In this document: positions 26,068 to 39,130 of the stretch, one piece after another
How positions within the stretch are numbered: the stretch's first letter is position 1
How the letters are laid out: each line of letters begins with the position of its first letter
Source of the DNA: the human T2T-CHM13v2.0 reference genome, Homo sapiens
NCBI RefSeq assembly: GCF_009914755.1
Contig: NC_060935.1
Length of the DNA: 64,000 nucleotides
Reading direction: 5' to 3' (one strand)
Notes under the pieces: model-generated
What the model saw: the letters and a program-made list of their open reading frames with translations, nothing else
The model's database searches: none
What the model was told of the DNA's origin: nothing
Made by a program: the position numbers and the translations under genes

Positions 26068-26246
26068 AAGCATTTGAAGTGATCTTACCAAGAATCTGCA
26101 GCACTGGCAAGACTAGACTCCTTTCTACCAGGGGCGATTTTAATCTTCCACCCGGTCATGCAAAAAGAACACCACGTTTCCATGCTGTCACCCCACCCTT
26201 TGCTGAGCTGGAAGAACCCAGAGGGCCCTCCCCTGGCTCCCACCTT
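26068..26246 (-). repeat. Right arm of 179-bp inverted repeat
   Basis: Reverse complement of 25119-25297. Confidence 0.97.
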
Positions 26247-26339
26247 TATTGAGGGACCTCAATAAAGAAAGATTCATTTTACAGTCAACAATAAGCACGA
26301 ACAGTAGAGATGACAGGTGCCTAGCAAGTATTTGCTGGA

Positions 26340-26750
26340 TGGGTAGAAGGAAGGAAGAAAGGAGAGAGGGAAGGAAGGCAAGGGAAGGGAAATGAGGGAG
26401 GGGAAGGGAAGGGAGAGAGGGAAGGAGGGAGGAAGGAAGGAAGGAAGGAAAAGAGGAAGGAAATGAGAGTAATGGATGGATGAGTGGGTGGATGGATATG
26501 TGGATGGATGATAGATGGCTGGCTGGATGGATTAATGGATAGCTATGTGAGTGGATGGATGAACAGATGATGAATGGATAGATGGGTGGATGGGTTGATG
26601 TGTGAATGAATGATGGATAAATGGATGGGTGGATATGTGGGTAACTGGATGGATGGATGGATGGGTGGGTGGATGGATGGATGGATGGATGGATGGATGG
26701 ATAGATATGTGGGTAGATGGGTAGGTGAAAGGCTGGGTAGGTGAGTGAGT
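26340..26750 (+). repeat. GGAA/GGGA then TGGA microsatellites following an L2-like 3' tail
   Basis: Direct; preceded by caggtgcctagcaagtatttgctgga. Confidence 0.9.
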
Positions 26751-27442
26751 GAGTTATATGTTTCAGGGATGCTCCAAATCAGGGAAACCCAACATCATAG
26801 AAAGGTGCTTCACAGTGGACTAAAGACTAATAAAAGATACCTTCCAACAGCAAGATTGCTTATGGTTTTAATTTTCTTCTTTGTGCTCCTCTGTATGAAA
26901 CAAAATGGGGAAACTCTACTTACCAGAATGCCTGCCGGGGAGTGCAGATGTAATTAGAAGGCATACTATGGTAAGCCACGGGGGCAGAGGTGGGAGGGAC
27001 ATGACCCCTCCAAGCTGAGGCTTAAGCTTTAACATGGTGGTACCCCTGCTCTGTTAATAGGGAGGCCTCTCAAGGAAGCAGGCTTATCTTTGCTGAAGGA
27101 GATTTGATATCATGTGGGGGAGCTGAGGACTTAGAGAAGAGGCACTTGGCAGGAGGTGGGCAGAGAAGGTGGAGCTCTGATGGCCACAAGAGGGAAACAA
27201 GAGTAAGGACTCTACCTGTGGTAGAGAAAAGATGTGTTTATGGGAATGTTTGAGGCCATTTGCCATGGAGTGCTATGTGCTCGTCTGTCTTTTTAGCTTG
27301 ATGTCTTGTTGCTGAGGGGCTTAGCAACAGCAGGCATTTATTACTTACATTTCTGGAAGCTGGAAGTCCAGCACCAAGGTTCTGGCAGACACAGTGTCTG
27401 GTGAGGGCTCACTTACTCCATTCCTAGTTTGCAGATAGCCGT

Positions 27443-27984
27443 TGATATGGATTGGCTGTGTCCCCACCCAAATCTCATCTTGGAATTTTACTCCCATAAT
27501 TCCCACGTGTTGTGGGAGGGAGTCGCTGGGGGATAATTGAATCATGGGGCAGTTTCCCCCATACTGTTCTCGTGGTAGTGAACATAAGTCTCATGAGATC
27601 TGAGGGTTTTATCAGGGGTTTTGGCTTTGGCTGAAGGGGATCTGACATCGTGTGGGGGAGCTTAGGACTTAGAGAAGAGGCACTTGGCAGGAGGCGGGCA
27701 GAGAAGGTGGAGCTCTGATGGCCACAAAGAGGGAAGCAAACAAAAACAGACACCTGTGGTAGAGAAAAGACGCGTTTATGGGGGTGTTTGAGGCCATTTG
27801 CCTTGGAGTGGCAAATTCTCTGTTTGTCTGCTGCCATCCGTGTAAGACAGGACTTGGTCCTCCTTGCCTTCCGCCAAGATTGTGAGGCTTCCCCAGCCAT
27901 ATGGAACTTAAGTCCAATTAAACCTCTTTCTTTTGTAAATTGCCCAGTCTTGGGTATGTCTTTATAGGCAGCATGACTAATACA
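27443..27984 (+). mobile_element. THE1B-like solo LTR carrying a ~185 bp foreign insertion
   Basis: TGATATGGATTGGCTGTGTCCCCACCCAAATCTCATCTTG...GACTAATACA; 5-bp TSD gccgt/gctgt. Confidence 0.9.
27625..27810 (+). repeat. Local direct duplicate of 27088-27272 inside the THE1 LTR
   Basis: Shared blocks such as aggacttagagaagaggcacttggcaggagg and gggcagagaaggtggagctctgatggccacaa. Confidence 0.92.
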
Positions 27985-28016
27985 GCTGTTTTCTCACTGT
28001 GTGCCCACACGGTGGG

Positions 28017-28205
28017 GAGAGAAACAGAGACAGAGACACAGAGACACAGGGACATACAGAGACACAGAGACACACACAGAGAGAGACACAGAGACACACA
28101 GACACACAGAGAGACACAGAGACAGAGACACACAGGGACACACAGAGAGACACAGAGACAGAGACAGAGAGACAGAGACACACAGAGACGGAGACACACA
28201 GAGAA
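28017..28205 (+). repeat. (GACA/GA/CA)n low-complexity repeat
   Basis: Direct. Confidence 0.9.
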
Positions 28206-28389
28206 AGCATTTCTTTGCCTCTCTTCTGGTAAGGACTCTAATCCCATCATGAGGACCACAAGCTCATGACCTCATCACCTCCCAAAGGCCCCACCTCCCA
28301 AACCCATCTCATTGAAGATTAGGGTTTCCACATATGAATGTTGGGGGTACACGAACATTCAGTCCATAGCAACTCTTCCCCTCTGTTCC

Positions 28390-28720
28390 TTTATTAATTA
28401 TTAATTATTAATTATGAGTTATTATTAATTATCATAGTTAATTATTAGTTATTAATAATCATAATATTAATTATCTATTAATTATAATATAATTAGTTAT
28501 TATTAATTATATTTTTAAATATATAATTAATTATATTATATTTTATATACAATATATTTTAATATATTTTTAATATATTTTAATATATAATTAATTATAA
28601 TAATTAGTTATTATTAACTATAATAATTAATAATACAAGTATTAATTATAATAATTAATAATACAAGTATTTATTATGAATTATGAATTGAAAATTACTA
28701 ATACAACCTAAATATAAAAC
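28390..28720. repeat. Extremely AT-rich low-complexity tract (TAATTA/TAATA units)
   Basis: Direct; very few G or C over ~330 bp. Confidence 0.95.
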
Positions 28721-29319
28721 CTCCAAGTTCAGAGTTTGCCTGGATTTCAGTGGAAGCCGCGCCCCCACATCGGTATGCATTTTGCCTTGCAGGAGAGTGC
28801 GGCACCTTAGGAGCACTGTTCTCAGCACAGGCACTGCACCTCTGCATCTTTGCATGATTTTCTGCTGGGTGGAAATGGTGTGTCTTGTAGAAGGAGCACT
28901 TTGATCTGACTTGCATAAAGTTGCCACAACTCTAGAAGCAATCTAGAGGCAAAGCCACCTTTCGTGTGAGCTCAAGACAGAATTCAGAAGCCTAGAGGCA
29001 GGGAAACCCACGCGTCCAGATTCCATCCTTCCCAAATGTTCTACATTGTGAAACAAAGAGATGAAAACCCGGAGAGGTCAGTGGTCCCGTTCAGGCCCAT
29101 TGAATACTCTGAAACATTGGGGCAACCCCAAGGCTCTGAGCATTACAGCTCATGGAAATCTCCCAAGGGCCTCAGCTCTGAGTGACACCCATCCCAGTTC
29201 ACCTGGGTGTTCCTTGGCACAGGGAAAATGGCCGGCCTCGCCCCATCCCATGGCACCCACCTGAGCTGACCGGCTCGGCCCTGCAGCCAGCGATGGCCAT
29301 ATCCAGGCCACACGCCCCA

Positions 29320-29455
29320 ACCTCCTGTACTTCAGGATCCTTCGAGAACTTTCTTGAAATCCCTGGAGAGTCTGGTTCTGTGGGTCTATGAAAGGCCCTG
29401 GGTACTGGTGCTTTTTTAAAACTCCCTGGTATTTTTGACTCACAGCCAGGTGGAG
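29320..29455. mobile_element. MER5-like hAT fragment
   Basis: gagagtctggttctgtgggtct..ttttttaaaactccctggt..cagccagg. Confidence 0.55.
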
Positions 29456-30049
29456 CTGCGGTTCCTCCTGGTTGCCAGGGCAGCCTTTGCCCCTCACAGT
29501 GAGCGTGCACGTGGCGTCCCAGAGCCTGTGCTGGGTGGGCAATGCTGAGTCCACAGACAGCCTCAGCGAGCCCCCACCCTACTGCTCTCCTAGACGTGCC
29601 CACGAGTGAGTGCGGAGTAGCTTCCCCAGCCCTGCTCCCCACCGGCCTCCAGGTCCTGGGTCTTCCCTGCTGATCTGAGCCCCTCCATTGCCTGACACCA
29701 GCGAAGGGGGCACAACTTCACACTGGGCTCACTTCGTCAAGGGGACCCTGAGTCACCAGGGTGTGTCCAGAGAACAAAGACCAGGCAGGGGAGGGGCAGG
29801 ACAGGACAGGGTGGCTCAAACTTCCAGGAGCGCTGGGCTGGAGGCCTCCTGATATCTGCGAGGCTGACTCACGGTGGAGGGAGCAGCCGGCTGTGCTGTC
29901 CTCATGAGCAGGAGTGGCCGTGATAAGGGACAGATTTTAAACGATTAGAGAAAGAGCCCTCTGGCAGCCTGTGCTGCCCGGCCTCCTGGAGGAATGAGGC
30001 CCCATCCCTAGAAGCGTGCCAATAAGGAGGGGTGACGGTGACCCACCCG

Positions 30050-30445
30050 AAAGGGGGATCTGAGAGAGTGTAATGAAGGGACTATTATAAAAGGTGTGAG
30101 CAGAGAAAGGGGAAACCCAAGGAAGGGGGCGTGCCCAGAGCCCCCCCACTGGCAGCAGCAGGTGGGAGCTGTGGAGTCTTTCATCCCAAAGGGGGCCGAA
30201 CAGGCTGGAGCCAGGCTGGAGGAAGGACCACCCAGGAGAAGCCACCTCCTTTAGCAAAGGAACCAGGCCATGGCAGACAGGGAGCCAGGGACACATTCCT
30301 CAACTTCTCTCTCCCCTGAAAATTATTCTCCCATCAGCCAAACTGAACAGAGGACACAGGGCAAGGAGGATGTGGGGGCATGCACAGCCCTGTAGGTCAG
30401 CGCCCAGGGCACAGGGCTGGGGAGGAGGGTGGAGGGTGGCTCTTA
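30050..30445 (-). mobile_element. LTR33-like ERVL LTR
   Basis: gtaggtcagcgcccagggcacagggctggggaggagggtggagggtgg; gagagagtgtaatgaagggacta. Confidence 0.55.
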
Positions 30446-33400
30446 GGGACCTGGGGTGGCCCATTAAGTCCACTGCTGGGAAGAATTTGGGGTAAACCAG
30501 GCCCTGGCTCCTAGCAGGATCAGGATGCGGAGCAGAAGCTCACGGATGTGGCCATCTTCCCGGGCACATGCACTGCTTTGGAATTGGCCATCGGGGCTTA
30601 TGGGTCAAGTTGGACTTGCTGGGTGATGTCACCCCCAGTGCAAAGAATCAGGCTCCCCACCGGGGACTTCTTGGTGACTCACACAGGCCAGCCCTCTCCC
30701 GGAGTGGTGAGGCAGCTCTTTGGATGACAAACTGGGCAGGAACAATGAGACAGTGTGGGCCTGCATTCCTGAGAATGAAGGGATTTCCCTTCCAAGTGCA
30801 AGGCTGTCCTGTGCTGGCCTCACCCATGACCCTACTCTGCCTCTGGGTGCTGCAGTGTGGCAGGTGCCCACACTGGCCCCCAGAAGGGCTGGAAGGAGGC
30901 AGGGAGGCTGGCTTATTGGCTCACCATTCAGCCCATGGAGCCAGGAGACCCTGAGAGTGACCGAGGGACCTTGTCGAACACTTTGGAAAGTCACAAGAAC
31001 TGGATGCGGCTGACCAAGTTCCACAGGTCATGGGGGAAGAGAGAGAGAGCTGTTTGCTTCAGCAGGAAAATGCATCCCAGGAAAACAAAGTGCCGGGTCC
31101 AGCACCCACACACGTGCAGCCCATGGGGATACGACTAGCAGAATGACTAGGACCCACCTAGATATGGGTGCAGTCGCTTCCTAAACAATCGATTCATTTT
31201 CCAATTCATTGTACCATCATTGCCCATCTTAGCTGGAAGCCTAGACTCTTCCTCCTGAAGACTCACCCACTGATGTAGACCGTCCAAGAACATTAGGACT
31301 TACACAGCCCATAGGATTCACTCTGATTTCCAAGCCAAAGACAGAGGGCACTAGACCATCAATCCACAGAGCCCCTGGTTTGACCGAGGTTGTTTCTGTT
31401 GCCACCACAGGGTGTCGCTGTTGAACACTGGGTTGTGCATCCAGGCTCCCTGCCATGGGGGGACCTGCTCAGGCCCTCCTGGTGCCCCATGCTTGGCTCC
31501 AAAGGGCTGTGGATTCAAGGCTCGCCACTGTTCCCCATCAGGAGCCCCCATCGCTACATAGGCAGGACCAACTCCCTGCAACCTTGTGCTCAGCTGGGAA
31601 GCCGGTGGGTGGGGTCCCGTTGAGCACTGTGGGTTCTCAGGGCCCTCTACTGTCCGTGAACCTCAGTTGGAACCATTCTAGTCCATCCAAGAGTCTCTTA
31701 AGGGGGCCAGGGCTCCTACTCCCATCCCACCAAGAGGCTCCTTGCTCCCTGGACAGATCTGGCCACGTCCTTCCCAGCAACCAGCTCAACAGGGGTCCTG
31801 GAGAGAAGGAGATTGTCAGGCACAGAAGGTTCTGCTCTCATCCTCTCCAGACCCCACAGACCTAGCCTTTCTCCACGCCACCACTCTCTTTATCCCTCCA
31901 GTCAGAAAAGCAGATAGCACCTTCCCACCCTTCACCACAATAAAAAAAAGTGACATTTCACTCCACCTGACACCCTGCCAGTTGGAACTGAAGTCTGACG
32001 CTGATGATAACGGCCTGGATCCTGAGTTCTGGGAGTAGGACCCTGGGTTGGAGGTGGAGGAGGAGTAGGGGAAGCTGGGCAGGGAGAGGCACCGGGGGAA
32101 GGGAAGAGAAAGAGGAGGAAGAACAAGTTCTCCTTTCCTCAACTCAGGACCGCACTATTAGGAACATTTTGAAACAGAAGAAATGGGACTTTGTCCTCCT
32201 TCCTCCTTTATTTGGCAGTTTTGTTTGTCCCAGTGCTGCTTGCTCAAGCTCCCACGGGTAGCACTCACCTTCCTCCGTGTCCTGGGATCCCAGACACACC
32301 CCAAGAGAGCCTGTCCCAGCAGTGCAGGGCATCTTCATTTGGGTGTTAGCAGGAAAGCACACTGCACAAACAAATTCACACTAAAGTGAGAGTGGCTGAT
32401 AGATAGTGACCCCTCTAAGAGCTAGGAGCATTCTCTACAGAAGTGGTTTCAGAGCCTAATTATTCACTAATTGGTGGGCTTCACACCCAAGTCAAAGGAA
32501 ACATGGGCAGTGTTGGGGGGATACCTGGAGGGGGTGGGTGGAGCAGGTCACCCCTGGAGCCACAGCCTCAACATCACTCCTGCTCTTTGTGAGTTCCTTC
32601 CTCCTCTCGCCTCTGCACCGAATGTTTCTGTCCTGGCCCCCCATGAGGATAGGGGGCCCAGGTAGGATGGTGGACAGGTGGCCCTGGACTGAGGCCTCGA
32701 GGGACTGAGCTCTGGGCAGGTCAAGGGGATGCTGGCCTCCACACCAGAGACCCTAAAAGGACTGCCTTCTGTGGACCCTGAACTCCGCAGCACCATCCTG
32801 AGATCCTCGCTGCCCCCAGAAGACCCTCCGTTTTCACCGAAGTGAACTTGGCCAGAGTTAAGCTGCCCAGGAGTAGCATCCGGAGACTAATTTGAATTCC
32901 CAATGCCCCACCCATCCTCAGTGGTGGATCCAAAGTGGACAGAGCCTGCCTTTACCCATAGGGAAAACCACAGGGCTCATACCTCCCTGGGCCCCAGGAG
33001 CTCAAGCCCTTCTCAGCCTCCCTTGGACAGTTTCAGAGACATGGGGGTCACTCGAGTGACGCAGGGCCAGCCTTGCTTACAGAAGCCCATGACTCACCAT
33101 GGTGGCGTCCGTGAAGGGCTCCCTGACCAACGTGGGCTCCTTCTCACAGGACCCTGCCTTCGGGGGTCAGGGACACGACCACCAGCTCCCCACCACTCGG
33201 CACCCCTGTCTCCTGTCAGCTGGGAGGTGGGCAGAGGGCCCCTCTGTCAGCTGAGCCCAGTGTCCTGGCATCTCCTGACTCAGGGTCAGGTCAGGCAGGT
33301 GAAGGCCCCACAGATGTCTAGGAAGCACCTGGTCTGCCTGGGCCAGGGCAGGGGTGGGCAGAGCCAGGCTCACTGAATCAGTCACTCAGATTCTCAGAGC

Positions 33401-33548
33401 TCCAGGTGCCTCATCTGGAGAACAGGGAGAATGAGAGCACCTCTCTGAGGATCCACGCCAGAACCCAATAGCCAAAGGGATTCACAGGAGCAAGGGAGGG
33501 TGAGTGAGGTCTGCAGCCCAGCAGGCAGACGGGGCGAGAGCCCGCGCG

Positions 33549-33938
33549 CCGTGAGCACAGCCAAGCACCGAGCTCATGTACCATATACGGTTTACGGGGT
33601 GAGAAGAGCTGGTGGGCTGTGAGCACAGCCAAGCACTGGGCCCATGTACCATACACAGTTTATGGGGTGAGAAGAGCTGGTGGGCCGTGAGCACAGCCAA
33701 GCACTGGGCCCGTGTGCCATACACAGTTTATGGGGTGAGAAGAGCTGGTGGGCCATGAGCACAGCCAAGCACTGGGCCCGTGTACCATACACAGTTTATG
33801 GGGTGAGAAGAGCTGGTGGGCCGTGAGCACAGCCAAGCACTGGGCCCGTGTGCCATACACAGTTTATGGGGTGAGAAGAGCTGGTGCGCCGTGAGCACAG
33901 CCAAGCACTGGGCCCGTGTACCATACACACAGTTTATG
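33549..33938 (+). repeat. 68-bp minisatellite, ~5.7 copies
   Basis: Unit gtgagcacagccaagcactgggcccgtgtaccatacacagtttatggggtgagaagagctggtgggcc, starting at 33551, 33619, 33687, 33755, 33823, 33891. Confidence 0.97.
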
Positions 33939-34024
33939 ATAAGAAGACGATGAGTGTGGTCATTATGGTTTCCCTGTTGTGGAGCAGGCAGATGAACAGG
34001 CAGCTCTAAAAAACAAGGAAAGAT

Positions 34025-34222
34025 TTGAGAAGAGAGAGAGAGACAGAAGCAGACAGAGAGAGACACACACAGAGGGAGACAGAGAGACAGAAAAAGAAAC
34101 AGAGACAGAGATAGCGAGAGAGAGAGAGAAACAGAAATACAGGCATAGAGAGACAGGGACAGAGAAAAGGAGAGACAGGTGAGAGACAGAGACTGAGATC
34201 GAGAAAGAGACAGGGACAGAGC
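34025..34222 (+). repeat. GA-rich low-complexity tract
   Basis: Direct. Confidence 0.85.
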
Positions 34223-35188
34223 AAGCTAGCCAGGGAAGCCCAGAACCCTTACAAGGAGGGTCTCCCAGATGGGGAAGGGGGAGAGGGACGGCATCATCTT
34301 CACAGACAATTCGGCGCTGGAAAAGACCAGCTTGAAGAGGAAGCGGGGACTTCTGAACTGTGGGAGAGGCATGTTGAAGCCCACATGGTTTGTCTTGGTG
34401 GCCAGGGGTTCCCCAGCAAAAGAGAGCCATGGTTAGGGTGAGGGAAATGTGGATGGGCAGGAGCCCATGCAGGAGCAGAATGTATTTTATCCTGTGGGGA
34501 TGAGGAGTCCCTGAAATCATGAGCCAGCAGCACCTTTGGATGGAACAATCCAGTTTAGAGCTGGAGCTTTGCTGGCAAGACTGGAGGAGGGATGGAGGCT
34601 GAGTGAAGTCCGCAATCACAGCGCAGCTGGGCAAAGCAGGTGGTGCAGGAATGAACGCTGTGCTGAGGGACCTGAATCCTGGTGGAGGGAAGGCCCAGGC
34701 TGCTCCACTCTCCGGGGCAGAGGAGAGGCGGGAGGGAGCAGACACCTCGGTGCCCCACCTGTCACAGGGCACCCAGGTAGCAAAGTGGTCTCCTGTGTTG
34801 TGGCGCGAATGAATGGATGCATTTACTGGAGAGACATTCATAAGCAAAGAGCCCTGTAAGAAGGCAGATGAAAATCGGGCCAGCCTGGCTACATGGTTTG
34901 CAGGGCCCAGTGCAAAATGAAAATGTGGGGCCCCTTGTTCACAAAACAGAGAAAAGAAACATGACTCAAGGCACAAAAGTAGACAGCTTTTTCCTCTCAT
35001 CTGCAGCCCCTTTCTTGGCTTCTTATGATGTTTTTTTGTTTGCCTTTCCTGTTGTCATAGAGCAAAGTTAAAATGTTAAATGATTGGCATGCATCTCAGC
35101 ATGCTCATGTTTACCTTGCAAGATGCAACTAGAAGAGCATTTAACACACGTGTAGAATCATGGAAATTACACCATTCGGATCTCATAG

Positions 35189-35824
<636 letters not shown>

Positions 35825-36635
35825 TAGATTCTGCAAGAGTAGTGGAAGCACAGCAGAAAATCATCTCAGCTGTTTTTATTTCACTTCTTTTCCGTCCCCT
35901 CTAGGTCACCATTTCCAGTGTCAGGGGCCGGCTAGCAGTAAGAAATGACAGGATGGCCTGCTTGGTCGTCTGTGTTTCTTAGAACTCTCTTGCCTTCTTC
36001 TGTGAATTCTGGCTTGAGTGGAATACGTGGCCCGAGGGGCTGTTAGGGTCCCGGGCACTCAGCCTTCGCACACTGACCTTGTCCTCACTTTGGGCTCCAC
36101 TGAACGCCCAGGCATCGCGGGTGCCTCGGACTCTGTGCTTTATGAGTATTTGTACCAGGGACGCTGTCTGCAAATGGGTGGCAGTGAAGGGTGAACATCT
36201 TTGCACACCTGTATCCTTTGCTCTCGTGCACCCTCCATCAGCTCTCACTCAAAACCACAAGGTCAATGACAAAGTAATTAAGAGCTTGCTGAGCATGAAA
36301 CCAAGCGTAGGGCCTGCCTGAGGCAGGGCTCTCTGGGACTGCAGGGGTCCCACGCCTGTGAGGCCGGCTCTGAAATGAGGCATTCTTCTCCTTACCTCTT
36401 GGGACCCCCTGGTCTGTGTGCAAGGCCAATGGGCTTACCTGAGATCCGTGTGCCTTTGGAGCCTATCTAGGTCAAAAATCCTATAAACGATACGCTCCTC
36501 CGTTAATGAGTACAGTTACTTCCCATTGGGTAAAATTAGGAGCACAGATTTAATTTAATATCTTTCTTTCTTTTTTTTTTAACATCAAGGTTTCTAGACC
36601 TAGTAGGTTCTTATTTTAATTTCAATCTGCTTTTA

Positions 36636-37281
<646 letters not shown>

Positions 37282-37854
37282 TCAGGCCGGGTGAGGCCAG
37301 TCCATACCCACCAGGACGAATGAGGGAGCTGCCAGGTCCTCTGCAGGGCCTCCTTCGCACCCCATTTTTAACAGGGAGAAGTCAAAGCTGTTGCACAGCA
37401 CCAGCGTGTGGCTCGTGCACCCTGGTGTTTGCAGATGCCTGCATCGGCGGGGCAGGCAGCCTGAGCACAGCTTGCGGCATTTATTTATCCTTTCAGCTTT
37501 AATGCATGAGCTTCCTGAGAAGAGACTGAAGGCTGTGGGATGGTGCATTCCTGGACGCTGGCATCACAGCTGAGGACCGGGCAAGGGTTGCAGGCACAGC
37601 TGTCACCAGGAGACAAATCAGTCTACTCCGGAGGCAGCCAGCTCTGCCACCTCTGACTCCTGGAACGGCTCAGGGGTGGAGCGGTGTGCAGAGGGAAGAC
37701 CCGAATGTAGAAGCGCCTCTGTGCCCAGCACCACGGCCTCCTTTCTCTTCCTCCCCAGACGTTTCCCAGACTGTCTCCTTTGTTTTCACCATGGCCCTAG
37801 GAAGGACCAGGGACAGCTGGCGTTCACCGAGGGATGCCCGGCCACCTTTTGGCA

Positions 37855-38010
37855 CATTTACACTCACAAACTTCTCTCTGCTGTGCAGCAGCCCTGGGAA
37901 GGAGGCGCCCTTATTGCCCCTATTTTACAGATGGGGAAACCGAGGCTAGTCAGTGAGGAAAGCAGGATGCGAGCCAGGCTGCCAGCCCAGTCAGTGGGAG
38001 CAGAAGCCTC
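37855..38010 (-). mobile_element. MIR
   Basis: tattgcccctattttacagatggggaaaccgaggct. Confidence 0.75.
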
Positions 38011-38334
38011 CTCCGGGTGTTGGGCCTCTCAGTCCCCCACTTACAGGCCCAGGGGCACACAGCTGACAGTGGCTGGGGAGGAGCCAAACCTGGGTCTGGC
38101 ACCAAAGTCAGGACTCCTTCCCCCAAACCAGATGGCCAAGGAGGCATGGCCCCTAAGATCACAGTGAGGAAGGGGTGACCGCACACTCCCCTCCACTCTT
38201 TCCCAGCAGGCCAGGCCCCAAGCTCCCCTTCCTTCATCCAGCCCAGCATGGCAGTGGGAGGGTGCCCTGGCCCTTCAGCTGCTGCTGGTTCCAATGGCTC
38301 CCACCCCAGCCTGCAGGGGCAGCTCAGATTTCCC

Positions 38335-38830
38335 TCCCCCTGCCTCTGACAAACACAAACCTACCTTCTGTCTCTATGGATTTGCCTATTCTGGGCATGT
38401 CATATAAATGGAGTCATGCATTGGATGGTCTTTTGCGACTGGCTTCTTTGAGTTGCACAGTGTCTTATAGGTTCATCCATGCTGTGCCCCATGCCAGTGC
38501 ATTATTCCTTTTTTGTGGCTGAATAACACCCGACTGTGTGGATGGGCCACATTTTGTTTCTCCATCCATCCATCAATGCACACTTGGGTTGCTTTCACCT
38601 TTTGCCCGCTGTGAGTGGTGCCGCCATGAGCATTCATGTAGCAGCTTTGGTTTGAATGTCTAACAAGGCATCTAACGGGACGCCTGCCTGTCTTTGATTC
38701 TTTGGGGTATACACCTAGGAGTGGAATTTCTGGGTCATAAGGTAACTCTATGTTTGACTTATTGAGGAAGCACCAATCTGTCTTCCACAGTGGATGCACC
38801 ATCTTATATTCCCCCGCCACCCACCCCACA
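38335..38830 (-). mobile_element. L1MB-type 3' fragment
   Basis: ctgtctctatggatttgcctattctgggcatgtcatataaatggagtc; ORF 38473..38829(-) LPYDPEIPLLGVYP. Confidence 0.85.
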
Positions 38831-38974
38831 GAAAAGGTATCTGAAAAGCTTCCCTTGCAGAGCTGCTGGGGAGACTATTAGCAACAGGTCAAAGCCTCTG
38901 CACTTTGCATCTAACAAATGGTGGAGAGTGGCTGGGGGGTGGTAGGACCAGCTGTGCAGGCACCCATCTACGCT

Positions 38975-39130
38975 CAAGCTCTAGCTCCAGCACTCCCAAG
39001 CTGTGTGCCCTCAAGCAAGTTACCCAACCTCTCCGAGCCTCGGTTTCCTTGTCTGTTCAATAGGGCTGTTGTCAGGACTGAATGAGCATGCGAAGTGCCT
39101 GCATCAGCTCCTGCCCATGGCCAGTGTTCC
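38975..39130 (+). mobile_element. MIR
   Basis: gcaagttacccaacctctccgagcctcggtttccttgtctgt. Confidence 0.7.

Larger units (their letters stand above)
27275..28371 (-). mobile_element. MLT1A0-like LTR interrupted by a THE1 LTR and a GA/CA microsatellite
   Basis: ttctggaagctggaagtccagcaccaagg ... cacctcccaaaggccccacctc..aacattcagtccatagca. Confidence 0.8.

Noticed and set aside
25119-26246. Inverted arms as TIRs of a novel DNA transposon/MITE
   Set aside because: No TSD seen, no transposase, and the spacer looks like ordinary local sequence. 97% arm identity is too young for known primate DNA transposon activity, so local templated duplication is more parsimonious.
27885-27902. PRDM9 hotspot motif position in THE1
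   Set aside because: Reads GCTTCCCCAGCCAT, not the CCTCCCTAGCCAC-type active motif.
33549-33938. 68-bp array as CRISPR or coding repeat
   Set aside because: No unique spacers, eukaryotic context, and 68 is not a multiple of 3.
33963-35000. 345-aa ORF on -
   Set aside because: Spans a MER45 end and a GA-repeat; no domain or coding-like composition.
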